Under the pieces are notes generated by a model. It saw only the letters and a program-made list of their open reading frames with translations, did not search any database and was not told where the DNA came from. Shown here one piece after another: positions 61,312-64,000 of a stretch of DNA of 64,000 nucleotides (position 1 is the first letter of the stretch; every line of letters starts with the position of its first letter). The DNA comes from Tricharina praecox (taxonomy: Eukaryota): assembly GCF_024521635.1 (NCBI RefSeq), contig NW_026250410.1, positions 1,054,001-1,118,000 of the forward strand. Reading direction: 5' to 3'. Made by a program: the position numbers and the translations under genes.

Positions 61312-62374
61312 TGTAGTTATTTTGCGGAAGTCGGAAGTAGATAGAAATGGTTGCGGGTGATGGAAGTGAAGTGTGGGAAGTGTGAGAACTTGTTGAGGTC
61401 GTGATAGTGAATGGTCGGAAGATGGGAAGATGGGAAGATGGGAAGATGGGAAGGAAGAAGGAATGAAAGGCGGAAGCTTGAGCATTTTTATGCGAAATCT
61501 TTCGAGCACAGCCATTCAAGGCCATGGATGCGAGGTCATGGATGTGAGACCTTTCAATTCGGGCCTGGGCTGTGAGGAAGATCTTTCAAGGGCCTGAATG
61601 TGAAGCCTTTCAATTCGGGCCTGGGGTGTTAAAGAGTATTTCGTGCTGTTAGCCTTTGAATGTCCGCCAAATGGCCACAAGGGAATGGTGGCCATAAATT
61701 CCAGGTCAAGCCCCGCTTCTTCGTCGGTCATCGAAGTTGTGATTTCCGAGGTTGATGGAAGCGGTATGTCTTTGTGCGAGAACAATTGTTGCTTAAGTTG
61801 ACCGAACAGCACATTATCTGAGGAATTTACAAACAGAAAAGTCCCTTGACTCGGACTCGGTGTAAGCGGTGTTCTTTCATCATCTCATCGTTCCACCTGC
61901 ATACCGTAACCCTTTACTTCACCCTGGACGATCCAGCGGGAACTGCACCGTCCGACATGGAACGTTCAGCTTTCCGGGACCGACAGGGCAGGGAAGGATG
62001 ACGAAAGGATAGAAGGGTTCATAGCGATCACTCGGATCGCATGGGATAAGGGACCAGAGTCTTCTATATAGACGATGCGGGCTGGTCGCCATAGTCTGGT
62101 AAATGCCGCATTCGCTAATAGATTGATGTTCTCTCTAGACGATCCGGGCTAGCACTGTATATAGCCCCGAGTCGACGAGGCGAATAGACCATCGCCTTCT
62201 CATTGACCTTGTTCCTGTGGGTAACACATACTCTACCATCTACCAGGATGATGGACCCAGTTCCACGGTAGACAACAAAGGCTCACATCACCGCAAAAGA
62301 CTTGAGATCAAGGGATGCGAATCAGATGGAATCCGCAAGAGCCACCACACTTTGCTATCCTCATCTATTCCTCT

Positions 62375-64000
62375 CTAGCGTATACCAACGATCACAAAGT
62401 TCCTCGGACTCTCCGCATGATCGAACGCCGCCTCCACCCAAGCCTGCTTGCATCCCATCTCTCGGAGAAACAACCACCTATCGGCAACAATGATACTCTC
62501 GCATATCCCCGCCGAGTACGCCATCAAGCTCCATACCACGCTCAGTTCCTTCTTCCTATGTTCAAATTTCCGCATGTATTCCGTCGCCTCCTCTTCAGTA
62601 ACAGTGATTCGATCCTCCCAGCCAAGCTTCTTCACCGCCGCGGCGATGTATGCCGGGAAGGAATCAAAACTCCCCTTCTTGAGCGAGCCGATGACGATGG
62701 GTTCGTTCTCGGTGCTGAGTGGGTCTATTAGGCCCCGGTCGATAAAGATGCGCTGCAGCAGGGCACGATAGAAGTGGCGTTCGAAGAAATCGGCACATGT
62801 TGCTGCGGTCCAGTTGGCGGGTGCCTGGCAGGCCATCGACCGTGCGGTGATGTTGAGCTTGGTATCTCTCTCCGTGAGTGTGGCGGAGACGGGAAAGCCC
62901 TGGGGATCGCCGGCGGTGGCGGTTGCGACCAGCCGTGGATGGGGGTTGCGGAGGTAGGGAGGCTTGAAGGAGGCGCCGCGTTTCTCTGTCAACAGGTTGT
63001 AGCAGCACCCAATCAGGGCGACGGCGCGGACCGAAGGGGTGTTGCGAAAAGCGGAGAGGGCGTGGTGGACGAGGTTTCCGCAGGAGTGGAGCGAGGTTAG
63101 GAGAAGGGACTTCGGCGTCGAGGAGCCAGAGTCGCCGGGGATATCGGGGATGGCATCGACTACCACGTCGATATTGCCGTCCGATATGAAGGTCTGCACA
63201 TACTGCAAGCTTCCAACCTTGTGATCATCCACGCATTCGCCGTCTGCACATTCGTGCGCCTGCTTCTTCAGCTTCCTCTGCACGATCCGGTCATACAGTG
63301 TATCCAGCGATTTCGCGCCGTCGATATTGACCGTCCTCGACTCGATGCCAACGACATTGTGTCCGTACTTCTTGGCCACCGTTCGGGAGAGATACGCCTG
63401 TCCAGAGCCATAATCAATGACATGGCTGATCGCGTATTCTCCGGCATCGGTATCCGTCTCCACATCTCGCACCAAGTCATCCAAGTACGCCGCAAAGTTC
63501 TCAACCTACAAACCGGTAACCTCAAGAATAAGAAACCCCTCCGTCCCGATCCGGGTGTGCGAACACACCTCATGTATCTTCTTTGGTTTCATCCCAGCGT
63601 TGAGTGCGCGCTCAGTTCCACGCCCAATAGCTCTGATCGTCTGCTCGCTCTTCTCCCTGCGCACGAACCCGCGCTGCAACATGTGCTCGCGCACTTCCCG
63701 AATATACGTCTTCAACGTTTCCGGAACATCAGTCGTGAACTCGTCGATCGGCGTGCGCAGGAATAAGTCGAGGACTGTGTCCAGGGACTGTGCGGCGAAC
63801 CATGAGATCCAATCTGCAGGAAACACAGTATGGTAAATGTCCTTAGGACCGTCCGTTGACTCGGAGTCGCGCGTGAAGAAGTCGAGGATATGGATGCCGC
63901 CGCAGAGCGTTTGGAGGAGAGGAGATGTTGTCCAGAAGGCGAGGAGAGAGTCGATGTATTCTTCCGGTGTGCTGGTGGAAAACCGCGGTGAAACCGGGAG
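62375..64000 (-). CDS. METTL25-like class I SAM-dependent methyltransferase (5' end outside the window); intron 63506-63568
   Basis: LQTLCGGIHILDFFTR; LNAGMKPKKIHEVENFAAY (spliced); HVIDYGSGQAYLSR; SLHSCGNLVHH; IGCCYNLLTE; NITARSMACQAPANW; HFYRALLQ; ESIIVADRWLFL; SPRNFVIVG. Confidence 0.88.

Noticed and set aside
61516..61812. 98-aa ORF containing a short direct repeat (ctttcaattcgggcctggg x2)
   Set aside because: Non-ATG start and no family resemblance; it probably overlaps the promoter of the downstream orphan gene.
1..64000. tRNA/rRNA genes and TGA-CTA readthrough-derived PTS1 signals
   Set aside because: GGTTCG-like hits lack cloverleaf context, and the stop codons I checked are not followed by CTA.

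Overview
Gene-dense 64-kb window from a GC-rich filamentous ascomycete genome with short (mostly 45-110 nt) spliceosomal introns; a Pezizomycetes-like origin is my inference. About 24 intron-containing protein genes can be reconstructed by hand. Recognisable ones are a GH3 beta-glucosidase, NADH diphosphatase (NPY1), VAP/Scs2, a UBA-ZnF-UBX protein, UDP-glucuronate decarboxylase, Sts1/Cut8, a DUF3984-like protein, Ubc9, Pex19, asparagine synthetase, Rpt4, sphingolipid delta-4 desaturase, a KHDC4/BLOM7-like KH protein, Ilv6, a Tag1-like membrane protein, ornithine carbamoyltransferase, a ligase-I-type DNA ligase, a 1420-aa repeat/Cys-rich protein and a partial METTL25-like methyltransferase. 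Several small orphan genes are also present. I found no rRNA, tRNA, CRISPR array or intact transposon. The most notable signals are: (1) an unusually long intron in the KH splicing-factor gene with an internal acceptor followed by in-frame TGA-TGA-TAG-AAC-TAA and a 10-bp hairpin, a candidate poison-exon/AS-NMD autoregulatory switch; (2) an in-frame upstream ATG that gives NPY1 a mitochondrial-type presequence; (3) the modular 1420-aa protein; (4) a GC-AG intron in the ligase; (5) small spliced orphan genes missed by the ORF track; (6) a diverged ~385-bp tandem duplication. All family assignments come from motif recognition, not database searches.
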